Below, piece by piece: positions 37,538-46,927 of a stretch of 64,000 nucleotides of DNA (the first letter of the stretch is position 1; every line of letters starts with the position of its first letter). Origin of the DNA: Eubacteriales bacterium (GTDB taxonomy: Bacteria; Bacillota; Clostridia; Oscillospirales; CAG-272); assembly GCA_045534215.1 (NCBI GenBank), contig JAZSJG010000008.1:874-64873 (forward strand), written 5' to 3'. The notes below the pieces were generated by a model, which saw only the letters and a list, made by a program, of their open reading frames with translations, was not told the DNA's origin and ran no database searches. The position numbers and the translations under genes are program-made.

Positions 37538-39145
37538 TTACACGCCCCTCTGCTTCATAAGACTTTCAAAAGAAAGTCCATACTTATCGGCTATATCTCT
37601 GGCGTAAGACTTCCCATCGGGCTTCATACGCAAAATCTTAAATGAACGCTCTCCCTCTTCCATTCCGGCAACAAGAGTATCTATACTTATTCCACCGGAC
37701 GCAATCGAACGCGCGTTTATCTCGGGTACACTTGCCGCAAGCTCATGGAGATGTGTCGAAAATATACCTCTTACCTTCATTGCAGCGAATCCCGATAGAA
37801 TTTCCGACGCAATATAAGATGCCTCGTATGCTCCCGTTGAAGAAAGAGATTCGTCAAGCAAAACCATACTGTTCTCACTTACGCCATCGAATATCTCGCG
37901 AAGTCTTGCGCACTCCTCGCCAAGACGACCCTTGTCTATGGTATCGTCCGCACCCTCCGGGAAATGCGTATAAATAGCATCCACCGGCGAAATTCTTGCA
38001 CAAGCGGCAGGAACAGGTAAACCAAGCTGGCAAAGTGCTTGAGATGCACCGACCGCTACGGTGATTACAGATTTTCCACCCCTGTTCGGACCTGTAAGAA
38101 CGTATATTCTTGCTTTATCGTCAAATTCAAAATCGTTAGCGATTATCTTGTCATCAATCGCAAGCGCTACTCTCGGATTATACAAATCCTTCGCAGAAAA
38201 TTCTTTGTCCGACATTGGAAGAATTTCGGGCATACATATCGCACAGCCCTCGTGTCCGGCTAAATTCCTCATGAGCTCGGTTGCACGGCTCACAAACTCA
38301 ATTTCGGGCAGAAGCTTCAAAAGAAAATCTGTGTTATCAAGCACGTACTCTCCCACAATAGCCCTCCACCCCTTGACCGAGGAGCGAAAAACATCTTCTA
38401 TTGCACTGTTGAATGCACCGATAAGCGCCTCTTTTTTATTATCACTTTGTCCCTGGCCAAATGGAGACAGTTCAGCAATGCAAGTATAAGCATCGTTTTT
38501 GAATGAAAGACGCAAAATCTTATCCAACATTTTACCTGACTTAAAGGGCTCTGAATTTATCGAAAGGACTCCTGCAGAGGTAGGCCTTAACTGGCGGTCG
38601 AGATTTACTCCGACAGTAATGCTTTTAACCTCGTGAACTCTTGCGGCAAGAGACTCGAGCTTTTCGTTAAGCTCCTTATAGTAATCGGAGGACGTAAGCT
38701 CCGCAACGAAATCTGCAAGATTTGAAAACGCTGCGCTCTTAATTTTGTCCCTGACAGGAGCAAATCCGGATTGTAAGGTATCAATACAGGTAACATAAAG
38801 CTCTATCTCGGTTATGCTGTAAAGATATGAATCGGCAGAGGAAGAGCTTTCCGAATCAAGACGGCGAAGCTCCTGAATGTCGTCGAGAATTGGGTGCGCC
38901 TTTGCGAGTGTTTCTTTAATTTCGTCAATTTCAAGCATATCGCGAAGTGTTTGCTGGCGGTATGCGATAACTTGTGGGTCGGACGTAAAAAAATCAGTGA
39001 GCCGGCTGTTTTTAAGATTAAATATTTCGTTGAGGCCGAGCTCATCACAAACCTCTTCTTTGATATCGGGCAAATTATTTCTGTCCGCGTGATAAAGGTG
39101 CGACTCTTCATTGGGGTATAAAAGACTTATAAATCTTTCCTGCAT
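37538..39145 (-). CDS. MutS-domain-V ATPase paralog (no mismatch-recognition domain evident)
   Basis: Walker A LTGPNRGGKSV; MVLLDESLSSTG (Walker B); STHLHEL. GGAGG lies 8 nt before the ATG at 39145. The longer ORF-track start at 39205 sits on the -10 box. Confidence 0.75.
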   Translation of the reverse strand: MQERFISLLYPNEESHLYHADRNNLPDIKEEVCDELGLNEIFNLKNSRLTDFFTSDPQVIAYRQQTLRDMLEIDEIKETLAKAHPILDDIQELRRLDSESSSSADSYLYSITEIELYVTCIDTLQSGFAPVRDKIKSAAFSNLADFVAELTSSDYYKELNEKLESLAARVHEVKSITVGVNLDRQLRPTSAGVLSINSEPFKSGKMLDKILRLSFKNDAYTCIAELSPFGQGQSDNKKEALIGAFNSAIEDVFRSSVKGWRAIVGEYVLDNTDFLLKLLPEIEFVSRATELMRNLAGHEGCAICMPEILPMSDKEFSAKDLYNPRVALAIDDKIIANDFEFDDKARIYVLTGPNRGGKSVITVAVGASQALCQLGLPVPAACARISPVDAIYTHFPEGADDTIDKGRLGEECARLREIFDGVSENSMVLLDESLSSTGAYEASYIASEILSGFAAMKVRGIFSTHLHELAASVPEINARSIASGGISIDTLVAGMEEGERSFKILRMKPDGKSYARDIADKYGLSFESLMKQRGV

Positions 39146-39209
39146 TGTATATTCCTCCGGGCGTTTAGTCAATACAGATACGCCTTGTATTGTAAGCTTT
39201 GTCATATAT

Positions 39210-39238
39210 ATTATAGCATATTAAAAGGATTTGCGCAA
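39210..39238 (-). promoter_or_regulatory. Candidate promoter of the MutS-like/coaW/CBS operon
   Basis: Minus strand reads TTGCGC, 17-nt spacer, TATAAT. Confidence 0.5.
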
Positions 39239-39326
39239 CTACGTACGCATAATAATTTGTAAATATTTATGCACCTTCCCTATTCATTTACGTTTTTAGA
39301 CATTTTCGCTTCTTAATTTCAAGCAG

Positions 39327-39421
39327 ATTCCCCACGTTGCGCTATGATTTTTCCTGTAAATCAGAGCGCATTCCCCACAAAACCGATATAAATGAATTGA
39401 ATTTCAGGATATAATCCCCAC
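39327..39421 (+). repeat. Three direct 9-mers, ATTCCCCAC / ATTCCCCAC / AATCCCCAC, spaced exactly 43 bp apart
   Basis: The copies start at 39327, 39370 and 39413. The sequence between copies is unrelated. They lie in the non-coding region upstream of the phage-like island. Confidence 0.7.
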
Positions 39422-39711
39422 TTTTCCTTTTAATTTTGATTTTACCAAAGTCCTGTTATTTAGAATTTAAAGTCTTTTTTAGAAATATGGGGCTTTCATA
39501 CATTCTCTTTATATTTGTTCGCATTTTGTCTTATCTGCACAAAAATTCAACATGAAAATACAAATAATTTGTAACCGCACTATACTTACTTTTGCTACAC
39601 GGGGTGGTATTATGATGGTGTCGGAGGTGCCGTATACCGTTTATCCGGAGAAACGAGAACGGAAGCTCTGCCGACGCATAAAAATACTGTGAAAGGAGTA
39701 CCTTTTGGACC

Positions 39712-40065
39712 TTGAAAAAAAGAATCAAATACAACACCGAGCTTCCAAAGCAGCTCTACGTATATTTTCTTTCTTATTCGGAACCCGGTGTCCCAAGCTT
39801 TGACAAATTTGCGCGAAGCATTGGGATTACACTTGAGAACATAAACGAATTTAGAAGGCACAAGGAATTCGAGCGTGCTTACCGCGAATGCAACGAAATC
39901 AGAAGAGATTATCTTATAGACGCAGCGTTGACAAAGCGGTTTGACTCCTCGTTTTCAAAATTTCTTCTCACCTCGGAATATGGAATGGGAGAAAAAGAAA
40001 AGGAAGAATCCGATTCTAACATCAATGTAATCCTTGAGGTACTCGGTGCAGAAAATGGAGATTAA
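39712..40065 (+). CDS. Phage terminase small subunit (HTH-type)
   Basis: 117 aa directly upstream of, and overlapping, terL. The segment FDKFARSIGITLENINEFRRHKEFERAYRECNEIRRDYL resembles the HTH and helix of small terminases. TTG start. Confidence 0.65.
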   Translation: MKKRIKYNTELPKQLYVYFLSYSEPGVPSFDKFARSIGITLENINEFRRHKEFERAYRECNEIRRDYLIDAALTKRFDSSFSKFLLTSEYGMGEKEKEESDSNINVILEVLGAENGD

Positions 40066-41419
40066 GCTTTCGGTAACAAAAAAGCAAAAACGGTTCATTG
40101 ACGCAAAGGAAACCGAGGTTCTTTTTGGAGGTGCAGCGGGAGGCGGAAAGTCTTACGGTCAAATAGTGGACGCACTTTTGACCGCCCTATTCTTCCCAAA
40201 ATCGAAGCAACTGATTTTAAGGCGCACCTTTTCCGAGCTTGAAAAATCGCTTATAAGAACTGCCCTTGCCCTGTATCCACGTGATATTTTCACGTTTAAT
40301 TCCTCCTCGCATACAGGAAAATTCAAAAACGGTTCGGTGATTGATTTCGGATACTGCGCCGCAGAAAACGACGTCTATCAATATCAAAGTGCGGAATATG
40401 ACGTCGTACGCTTTGATGAACTCACGCATTTTACGGAAGCTCAATATCTTTATCTGATTTCAAGAGTCAGAGGTGCTAACAAATTTCCAAAGCAAGTGAA
40501 ATCATCGACCAATCCCGGTGGCATTGGACACGGCTGGGTTAAAAGCAGATTCGTAGACCCATCAGTTCCCAACTGCTCTTTTCTCGGCAATGACGGAATG
40601 AAGAGAATTTTCATCCCCTCTCTTCTTGACGATAATATGTTCCTAATGGAAAATGACCCAAATTACAAGTCCAGGCTTCTCGCTCTTCCGGAAAGGGAGA
40701 AAAAGGCGCTCCTTTACGGTGACTGGAACGTTTTTGAAGGACAGTACTTTACTGAATTTTCAAGAAAAAAACACGTAACAGAGCCGTTTGAAATACCTGC
40801 GGATTGGCGAAAGTTTAGGACTATAGATTACGGACTTGACCGACTTGCTTGTCTTTGGATTGCCATAAGCCCCGACAGATGCGCATACGTTTACAGAGAA
40901 TTTTGCGAATCCAATCTACCGATAAGTGCATCCGCCAAGGGAATAAGCGATAGAACACCTCACACAGAGGACATATATGCCACACTTGCACCTCCTGACT
41001 TATGGAGCAGGAGTCAGGAGAGCGGAAAAAGCAAGGCCTCCTTATTTTCCGAGTACGGAATAAATCTCACAAAAACCTCGAACAACAGAGAAACCGGTTG
41101 GCTTTCTATAAAAGAATTGCTCTGTGAAAAAGGGGGACAAGTAGGGTTGAAAATATTTTCAACATGTCAAGAGCTGATAAAATGTCTTCCATCTCTTATG
41201 ATAGACAAAATCCGCCCGACAGACTGCTCAACTGAGCCCCATGAAATAACACACGCCCCTGATGCTTTACGCGGTTTTGCCATTTTTTACGCAAGACCTG
41301 CTCAAAAAGAAAAAGAGACAAACCGTATATTTTGGAGCTCGGATATGTGGGAGGATTACAACAGTGCAAGCGAGGAGGAGAAACTATATCTAAAACGCAA
41401 ATACGGAGAACCACTTTGA
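40046..41419 (+). CDS. Phage terminase large subunit
   Basis: Walker A FGGAAGGGKSYG and Walker B YDVVRFDELTHF, with a C-terminal nuclease-like half. The start is ambiguous (GTG at 40046 or ATG at 40055). Confidence 0.85.
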   Translation: MQKMEIKLSVTKKQKRFIDAKETEVLFGGAAGGGKSYGQIVDALLTALFFPKSKQLILRRTFSELEKSLIRTALALYPRDIFTFNSSSHTGKFKNGSVIDFGYCAAENDVYQYQSAEYDVVRFDELTHFTEAQYLYLISRVRGANKFPKQVKSSTNPGGIGHGWVKSRFVDPSVPNCSFLGNDGMKRIFIPSLLDDNMFLMENDPNYKSRLLALPEREKKALLYGDWNVFEGQYFTEFSRKKHVTEPFEIPADWRKFRTIDYGLDRLACLWIAISPDRCAYVYREFCESNLPISASAKGISDRTPHTEDIYATLAPPDLWSRSQESGKSKASLFSEYGINLTKTSNNRETGWLSIKELLCEKGGQVGLKIFSTCQELIKCLPSLMIDKIRPTDCSTEPHEITHAPDALRGFAIFYARPAQKEKETNRIFWSSDMWEDYNSASEEEKLYLKRKYGEPL

Positions 41420-43215
41420 AAACAGAACAAAATAAAGAATTACGGCGAGAATTTTTCGCCTCCCTTTACGAACACGCAAAAAACCACTACTCCGAAATGC
41501 TTGAAAACTACAAACGTCATATGAGCCAATACAGAGGAAGCACCGATATTGACAATTCGCAACAGAAGGCCACTACTGTCAGAAACATCACTTATGAAAT
41601 TATAGAAAGCCAGGTATCCTCTACTATTCCTCCCCCCAAGGTAGATGCCGCCTGCTACAGTGAGAAAAGAAACAGGAATGCTCGTTCCATAGAGCGCCTC
41701 CTCTATTCAATGCGAGACAAGCTCCCCTACGAGCAGATGAACGACATCGATGAACGCTTTACCTACATCTACGGCGGAAGTGTTTGGTATGTAGAGTGGG
41801 ACAACTCCTTGCGGCTCGGAAAAGAGGTCGGAGGTGTACGGGTTTATTGCTTATCCCCAACTAACTTCATACCTCAGCCGAATGTTGATTCAATAGAAGA
41901 TATGGAGTATTGCTTTTTACGCTTCACCACCACACGCGGCGAGCTTATAAGGAAGTACGGTATCTCTGACGAGCAAATTTCTCTTGCAGAATGCGAAAGC
42001 GAAGACGAGTACGCATCAGAAAGCGACACAGTGTGCGTCATAACCGTATTCTATCGTGACGAAGAAGGGGAAATAGGAAAATTCATCTTTTCCGGAGAGC
42101 TAACGCTCTTTGATATGCCGCATTATTATAAAAGAAAGGTAAGAATGTGTCTGAAATGCGGACTGGGTGAGGAGTTTTGCCGCTGCAAGAAAAAGCAGCT
42201 TTCCGATTCCGATGACCCATACGAAACAATAAACACAGAAGTAATTTTAAGGAGTGGAATAAAAATACCAGCTACCTCGCCTGTAATTAAGGACGGTGCT
42301 TTAGTCGGTAAAAAAGACAGCTATCTCATGCAAAAAACACGCATCCCGTATTATACCCCCAAAAGCTTCCCGATAGTTATAAGAAAGAATACCTCTCTCG
42401 AAGGCGCAGTTTTGGGACAATCTGACTGTGAATATATTCGTCCCGAGCAACAGGCCATAAACAAGATAGAATCAAGAATCCTTCAAAAGCTTTTAAGAGC
42501 GGGTATAACACCTATTGTCCCTGAAGATGCAAGCATTTCAATAAACAATTCAGTATTCGGACAAGTTATAAAAATGAAGCCCGGAGAAAGTGCGGCGCAA
42601 TACGGAAAAGTCGACACGACCCCGGATATTTCTCAGGACATAGCCGAAGCAGAGCGCCTTTACGACCATTCAAAAAGAATTCTCGGAATATCAGACGCAC
42701 TGCAGGGACTTGATACCGCGAGTAATGAATCGGGTTATTCACGCCAGCTGAAAATCTCACAAGCAACAGGACGCCTCGAATCAAAAAGGAAGATGAAGCA
42801 CACAGCTTATGCAAACATAGACAGAATAATTTTCGAACAGTATCTTGCCTTTGCGGACGAGCCACGCTCTCTTGTATACAAGGATGCTTACGGAAGAATA
42901 CACAATGCGGAATTTAACAGATATGACTTCATAGAGTTCGACATCGCGACAGGAGAATACTACTACGACGATTCTTATCTTTTCTCGGTAGATTTGAATG
43001 CAGGGTCCGAATATCAACGAGAAGCACTGTGGCAAAGAAATCTTGAAAATCTCAAGGCAGGAACTCTTGGCGACCCGACAAAGACAGAAACTCTGCTACG
43101 CTATTGGCAATGCCAGGAGAGAGCGCATTATCCGCATGCCAGAGAAAACGTTGAGTATTTTTCTCTTGCAAAGGAAACGGAAGGAGTAGAATATGAAGAA
43201 AAAGCAAACCCTTGA
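41416..43215 (+). CDS. Putative portal protein (about 599 aa)
   Basis: Position immediately after terL; size. The TTG start overlaps the terL stop (cTTTGA), with GGAG 7 nt upstream. Confidence 0.6.
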   Translation: MKTEQNKELRREFFASLYEHAKNHYSEMLENYKRHMSQYRGSTDIDNSQQKATTVRNITYEIIESQVSSTIPPPKVDAACYSEKRNRNARSIERLLYSMRDKLPYEQMNDIDERFTYIYGGSVWYVEWDNSLRLGKEVGGVRVYCLSPTNFIPQPNVDSIEDMEYCFLRFTTTRGELIRKYGISDEQISLAECESEDEYASESDTVCVITVFYRDEEGEIGKFIFSGELTLFDMPHYYKRKVRMCLKCGLGEEFCRCKKKQLSDSDDPYETINTEVILRSGIKIPATSPVIKDGALVGKKDSYLMQKTRIPYYTPKSFPIVIRKNTSLEGAVLGQSDCEYIRPEQQAINKIESRILQKLLRAGITPIVPEDASISINNSVFGQVIKMKPGESAAQYGKVDTTPDISQDIAEAERLYDHSKRILGISDALQGLDTASNESGYSRQLKISQATGRLESKRKMKHTAYANIDRIIFEQYLAFADEPRSLVYKDAYGRIHNAEFNRYDFIEFDIATGEYYYDDSYLFSVDLNAGSEYQREALWQRNLENLKAGTLGDPTKTETLLRYWQCQERAHYPHARENVEYFSLAKETEGVEYEEKANP

Positions 43216-43918
43216 AGATTTCATAAGGACATACATAAACAATCTCAAGCTTGAAAACTCCGGTGAAATTAGTCGCATAAGCCATGTGAATGAGGGTGAA
43301 AACGACGCACGGGGCAGCTTTTTGAAGGCAAGTGCCGATATAAATAATTCCTTTGTAAAATCCGGTGGCGGATACGGAAGGTATGCTGAAAGCTTAGCGA
43401 AACGCGGTCTTAATCTGTCGGGATATGCTGATTATATTAAAAAGCACGCCGAAAGAGAAAGAGGAGAAAAGCTTGAATCTGCCCTCAGCAGTGCTATCGG
43501 TACAGAGTATAAAAATCTTCAAAAATACCGCAGCTATGTTGAAAAAATCAACACCGAAAAAGCAAAGGAAAAAGAGAACAAAATAAACAAAGTAACCGCA
43601 GCTCTGGAAGGAACAAACATCCTAAGCTACGACGATGCCTACAATTATGCACTCAGCGAGGGACTCGACGAAAATACCGCAGAAGCCGCGGCAAAAAACG
43701 CTGTTTTGCAAAACTCGCGCAAAGTCAGACAAAACATTATTAAAATCATTTTGAACAAACGTCTATCTGCCGAAGAAACCTTTGTTTATGCAACAGCTCT
43801 TGGGCTTGATGAGCCGGCTGCAGCAGAGCTTGCGGAATATGCCAAAAAGATTAATGAGTCCTTCAACCCGTCGAACGGCAGCTATGCCGATTATATAAAA
43901 AATCTTGCACAACACTAA
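43193..43918 (+). CDS. Phage-island hypothetical protein (241 aa, helical, K/E-rich)
   Basis: GGAAGGAG RBS. The ATG at 43193 overlaps the portal 3' end. Confidence 0.6.
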   Translation: MKKKQTLEDFIRTYINNLKLENSGEISRISHVNEGENDARGSFLKASADINNSFVKSGGGYGRYAESLAKRGLNLSGYADYIKKHAERERGEKLESALSSAIGTEYKNLQKYRSYVEKINTEKAKEKENKINKVTAALEGTNILSYDDAYNYALSEGLDENTAEAAAKNAVLQNSRKVRQNIIKIILNKRLSAEETFVYATALGLDEPAAAELAEYAKKINESFNPSNGSYADYIKNLAQH

Positions 43919-43939
43919 TTATTAAGAAAGGTTTTTCAA

Positions 43940-44077
43940 ATGAAAGAAAAGAAATTCTCAAATTATACCACTTTTTCACTTAACAAAGTTGAAGCACCAA
44001 GAAAAGAAAAGAACACTCCAAAGTCGTCTGTCAATTATCCCAAATCATCTAATACGAGGACACGTGACAAGAAATGA
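43940..44077 (+). CDS. Small basic ORF (45 aa), not in the ORF track
   Basis: ATG at 43940 after aagaaagg. The stop overlaps the next start (ATGA at 44074-44077). Sequence: MKEKKFSNYTTFSLNKVEAPRKEKNTPKSSVNYPKSSNTRTRDKK. Confidence 0.35.
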   Translation: MKEKKFSNYTTFSLNKVEAPRKEKNTPKSSVNYPKSSNTRTRDKK

Positions 44078-44529
44078 AAGAAGCTTTACACGACACATCC
44101 TCCGATATAAAGATGGAAAATCCGGAGATTGAAGAAAGCGCTTCTCAAGAAGCCGTGCCCACAAAGAATGTCACTTCTGAAAATACAGATGACAAAACAG
44201 ATTATGAAGCAATTGTCAAGGAGGACATCGAAGCCCTTCGCGACATATTCCCGGAGCTTCAGGGAATCAAGGATATTACAGACCTTGAAAATCCGATAAG
44301 ATATGCAACACTACGCGACCTAGGACTTTCCGCCGAAGAGGCGTATCTTGCAACAACACCCCGAAGAAAAGCAAGAGATAATCGTTCTCATCTTTTGAGC
44401 GGTGTGCCCCGCAGTGCCAGTTCACATTCATCGGTAATGAGCGAATCCGAGCTGGAAGCTGCCCGTCAGATTTTCACAGGTCTTTCCGACATGGAAATCA
44501 AGAAATTATACAAAAAAGTAACAAAGTAA
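44074..44529 (+). CDS. Acidic 151-aa protein, possible scaffolding protein
   Basis: Strongly acidic, helical N-terminal half. It lies between the portal and capsid candidates. Confidence 0.45.
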   Translation: MKEALHDTSSDIKMENPEIEESASQEAVPTKNVTSENTDDKTDYEAIVKEDIEALRDIFPELQGIKDITDLENPIRYATLRDLGLSAEEAYLATTPRRKARDNRSHLLSGVPRSASSHSSVMSESELEAARQIFTGLSDMEIKKLYKKVTK

Positions 44530-44542
44530 AGAAAGGATTTAT

Positions 44543-44953
44543 ATGTTTAGACTTAAAAAGATTCTCAATTCAAAGGGTTCTGTACCCGAAATACTTAAAT
44601 TTCCTCTCAACGACGAAAACGAATACGTGCTCGGCAGCATTTATTCCTTATGTAACAACTCCCTTGAAGCATACGGTTACTCACGCGCAGTGTGTGTTCT
44701 CGTATCCGTAAGTGACGATAAAAAATTCGGATACGGCTATATTGTTACACCGGATATGATACTTGAGGCAGACATTTATGGCAACTATGAAGACCTGACA
44801 ACAGGAATGGAGCTTACCATTTATGATGCAGATGAGAAGCATATGTGGTGTGTTACCATGGATGAAGAGCCCGCATTGCCATGGAAAATGGCTGTAGTCT
44901 GCGGCACAGATAATATGTTTGAACGAAAAAAAGTTGACGTTATGCTTATTTAA
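44543..44953 (+). CDS. Phage-island hypothetical protein (136 aa)
   Basis: AAAGGA RBS; a compact ORF directly before the capsid candidate. Confidence 0.55.
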   Translation: MFRLKKILNSKGSVPEILKFPLNDENEYVLGSIYSLCNNSLEAYGYSRAVCVLVSVSDDKKFGYGYIVTPDMILEADIYGNYEDLTTGMELTIYDADEKHMWCVTMDEEPALPWKMAVVCGTDNMFERKKVDVMLI

Positions 44954-44972
44954 TTGAAAGGAAGGAAAACTA

Positions 44973-46034
44973 ATGATTATTTATTCAAAAATGTCCGGTC
45001 AATCAAATGCCGACATAGGAAAAATTGAAACCCCGATAAAAATGATTATCGAGCATGAAAGCGACCTGCTCACGAAAAAGGGGGGTATCTGTGACTGGCT
45101 TTTCAATGTTGAAAAGAGCTCACGCTTCGGAGAAACCATCATAGGACAAAACGAATTTGAAATCTTCAGTGCAGTCGCCGAGGGCGGCGGTGCTGACGGT
45201 GACGTGCTTAACGAGCAGTACCGCAAGTTCATCGAACACATTCAGTTTATGAAGGAGTTTACAATAAGCGCCGAGATGATGGAGGATGCAAATTGGGGAG
45301 TTGCTGCAGATGCAAAACGCAGAGCTGAAAACTTCACAAGAGCTTATTATAAGACCATCAACAACCTTTGTGAAGCGGCACTTATGAACGGTACGGAATA
45401 TTCCGTGAAGATTGCAAATGCCAATCTCGACCTTACAACCCATGACTCCTTGCCTCTTTTCTCAAGCGAACACCAGCTCAACGTAAGAGGCACAACGTCC
45501 AGACAGGCAAACTTCTTCTACGGAGATGTTTTCTCAAAAACCGTGAACGGAGCAAGAGTTGCTTCAACCGAGGTTTTTGAAGAGATGCTCGCGCATCTTA
45601 CAATAATGCTTCGTAATATGAAGGACGAGAACGGCGAGCCGATGGGATACACAGCAGATACACTTATTCTGCCCGGAAACCGTCCGATAGCGGAAACCAT
45701 TGCTAAAAAGGTGTGCGGCTCTGAGGGCGCACTTGGCAACGGATACAATGACATAAACCTTCATTACGGAAACTGGAACATCGTCATTCTTCCCCACTGG
45801 CAAACAAAGGAGGACAGAGTGATGATTATGTCGAGCGAGGCAAACAAGAATCTCTCAGGCAATATGTTCTTCAACCGTGTCCCCCTTACTATCACAAACT
45901 GGGTAGACAACCACACAGGCAATTACGTATGGAACGGCAGATGCCGTTTCGGTATCGGATTTGGCACCTACAAGCACATTCTTCTTGCTGTAGACAGCGC
46001 AAGCACCGTTATCGGCGCTACTAAATTGTCTTAA
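44973..46034 (+). CDS. Putative major capsid protein (353 aa)
   Basis: Size and position (after the scaffold-like gene). Strong RBS GAAAGGAAGGA. It is the only gene in the island followed by a hairpin. Confidence 0.5.
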   Translation: MIIYSKMSGQSNADIGKIETPIKMIIEHESDLLTKKGGICDWLFNVEKSSRFGETIIGQNEFEIFSAVAEGGGADGDVLNEQYRKFIEHIQFMKEFTISAEMMEDANWGVAADAKRRAENFTRAYYKTINNLCEAALMNGTEYSVKIANANLDLTTHDSLPLFSSEHQLNVRGTTSRQANFFYGDVFSKTVNGARVASTEVFEEMLAHLTIMLRNMKDENGEPMGYTADTLILPGNRPIAETIAKKVCGSEGALGNGYNDINLHYGNWNIVILPHWQTKEDRVMIMSSEANKNLSGNMFFNRVPLTITNWVDNHTGNYVWNGRCRFGIGFGTYKHILLAVDSASTVIGATKLS

Positions 46035-46042
46035 TCTAATGC

Positions 46043-46075
46043 GAGGGCGGGGATAAAATTCTCCGCCCTTATATA
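46043..46075 (+). terminator. Hairpin after the capsid candidate (possible partial terminator or RNA stabiliser)
   Basis: agggcgg (46044-46050) pairs with ccgccct (46063-46069), followed by TTATATAAAA. Confidence 0.35.
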
Positions 46076-46090
46076 AAAGGGAGGAAAATT

Positions 46091-46927
46091 ATGACTTTCA
46101 ACGATTTATGCGCCGAGATTATCAATCTCGGATTTGAAACAACAATAAACTCAAGTGAACTGGTAATGCAAGCAGCTAAACGGGCACTTGATACAATTTT
46201 CACCGAGCGTCCCTTATATACATCTTATACTGTTTATCAAACTGCAAAGAAACCTTCTTTTAAAGTAAATGACTTTCACCACAAAGGAACACGCAGCGAC
46301 GTTTTTGAGTTTAATGCAAAATCATACAGCTTCAGAACCTACGGAGAAGGCAAATATTATATCACAGATAGCTTGGGTACAAGAAATTTTGAATTTGGAA
46401 AGGAAGAGAGTATTCACCGTGGCTTTTTGCACGGTCAAGGAAAGCTCGTATTTTGCGGTGAATATTCACACGGGGTCTACGATTTATGCTTTTATAACGA
46501 ACTCTATGGACAAAATGCGGAAGACATTCCTTTATACAGCGAGTTCTGCGAATACGATATCTCTTTTCTCGCTCCGAACTTTCTGTCCTTTACATCACCC
46601 CCCACAGATTCGCGTGGAAATCCTATAAAAGAGGCGGTTGCCTTAGGAACGTGTCTGAGAGTCCCGTCAAGCTACGACGGAAAAATAATAGTCCATTATA
46701 AACGCTCTGCAGATAAACTTTCAGAAACATCAGGCGAAGATATTACACTTCCGAACGGAACGGAGCATCTTTTCCCTCTGCTTGTTGCGTCTTACGTCTG
46801 GCTTGACGACGATGCAGAAAAAGCGGAATACTATCTTGCACTTTACAGAGAGGGAATGTCGGCTGCAAAGTATTACAATCGCGAAAAAGTCGGATGTACC
46901 TATACCGACGTTATTGGGTGGGCGTAA
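46091..46927 (+). CDS. Phage-island hypothetical protein (278 aa), possible head-tail adaptor
   Basis: GGGAGG RBS. It sits between the capsid candidate and the 908-aa protein, matching podovirus gene order. Confidence 0.5.
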   Translation: MTFNDLCAEIINLGFETTINSSELVMQAAKRALDTIFTERPLYTSYTVYQTAKKPSFKVNDFHHKGTRSDVFEFNAKSYSFRTYGEGKYYITDSLGTRNFEFGKEESIHRGFLHGQGKLVFCGEYSHGVYDLCFYNELYGQNAEDIPLYSEFCEYDISFLAPNFLSFTSPPTDSRGNPIKEAVALGTCLRVPSSYDGKIIVHYKRSADKLSETSGEDITLPNGTEHLFPLLVASYVWLDDDAEKAEYYLALYREGMSAAKYYNREKVGCTYTDVIGWA

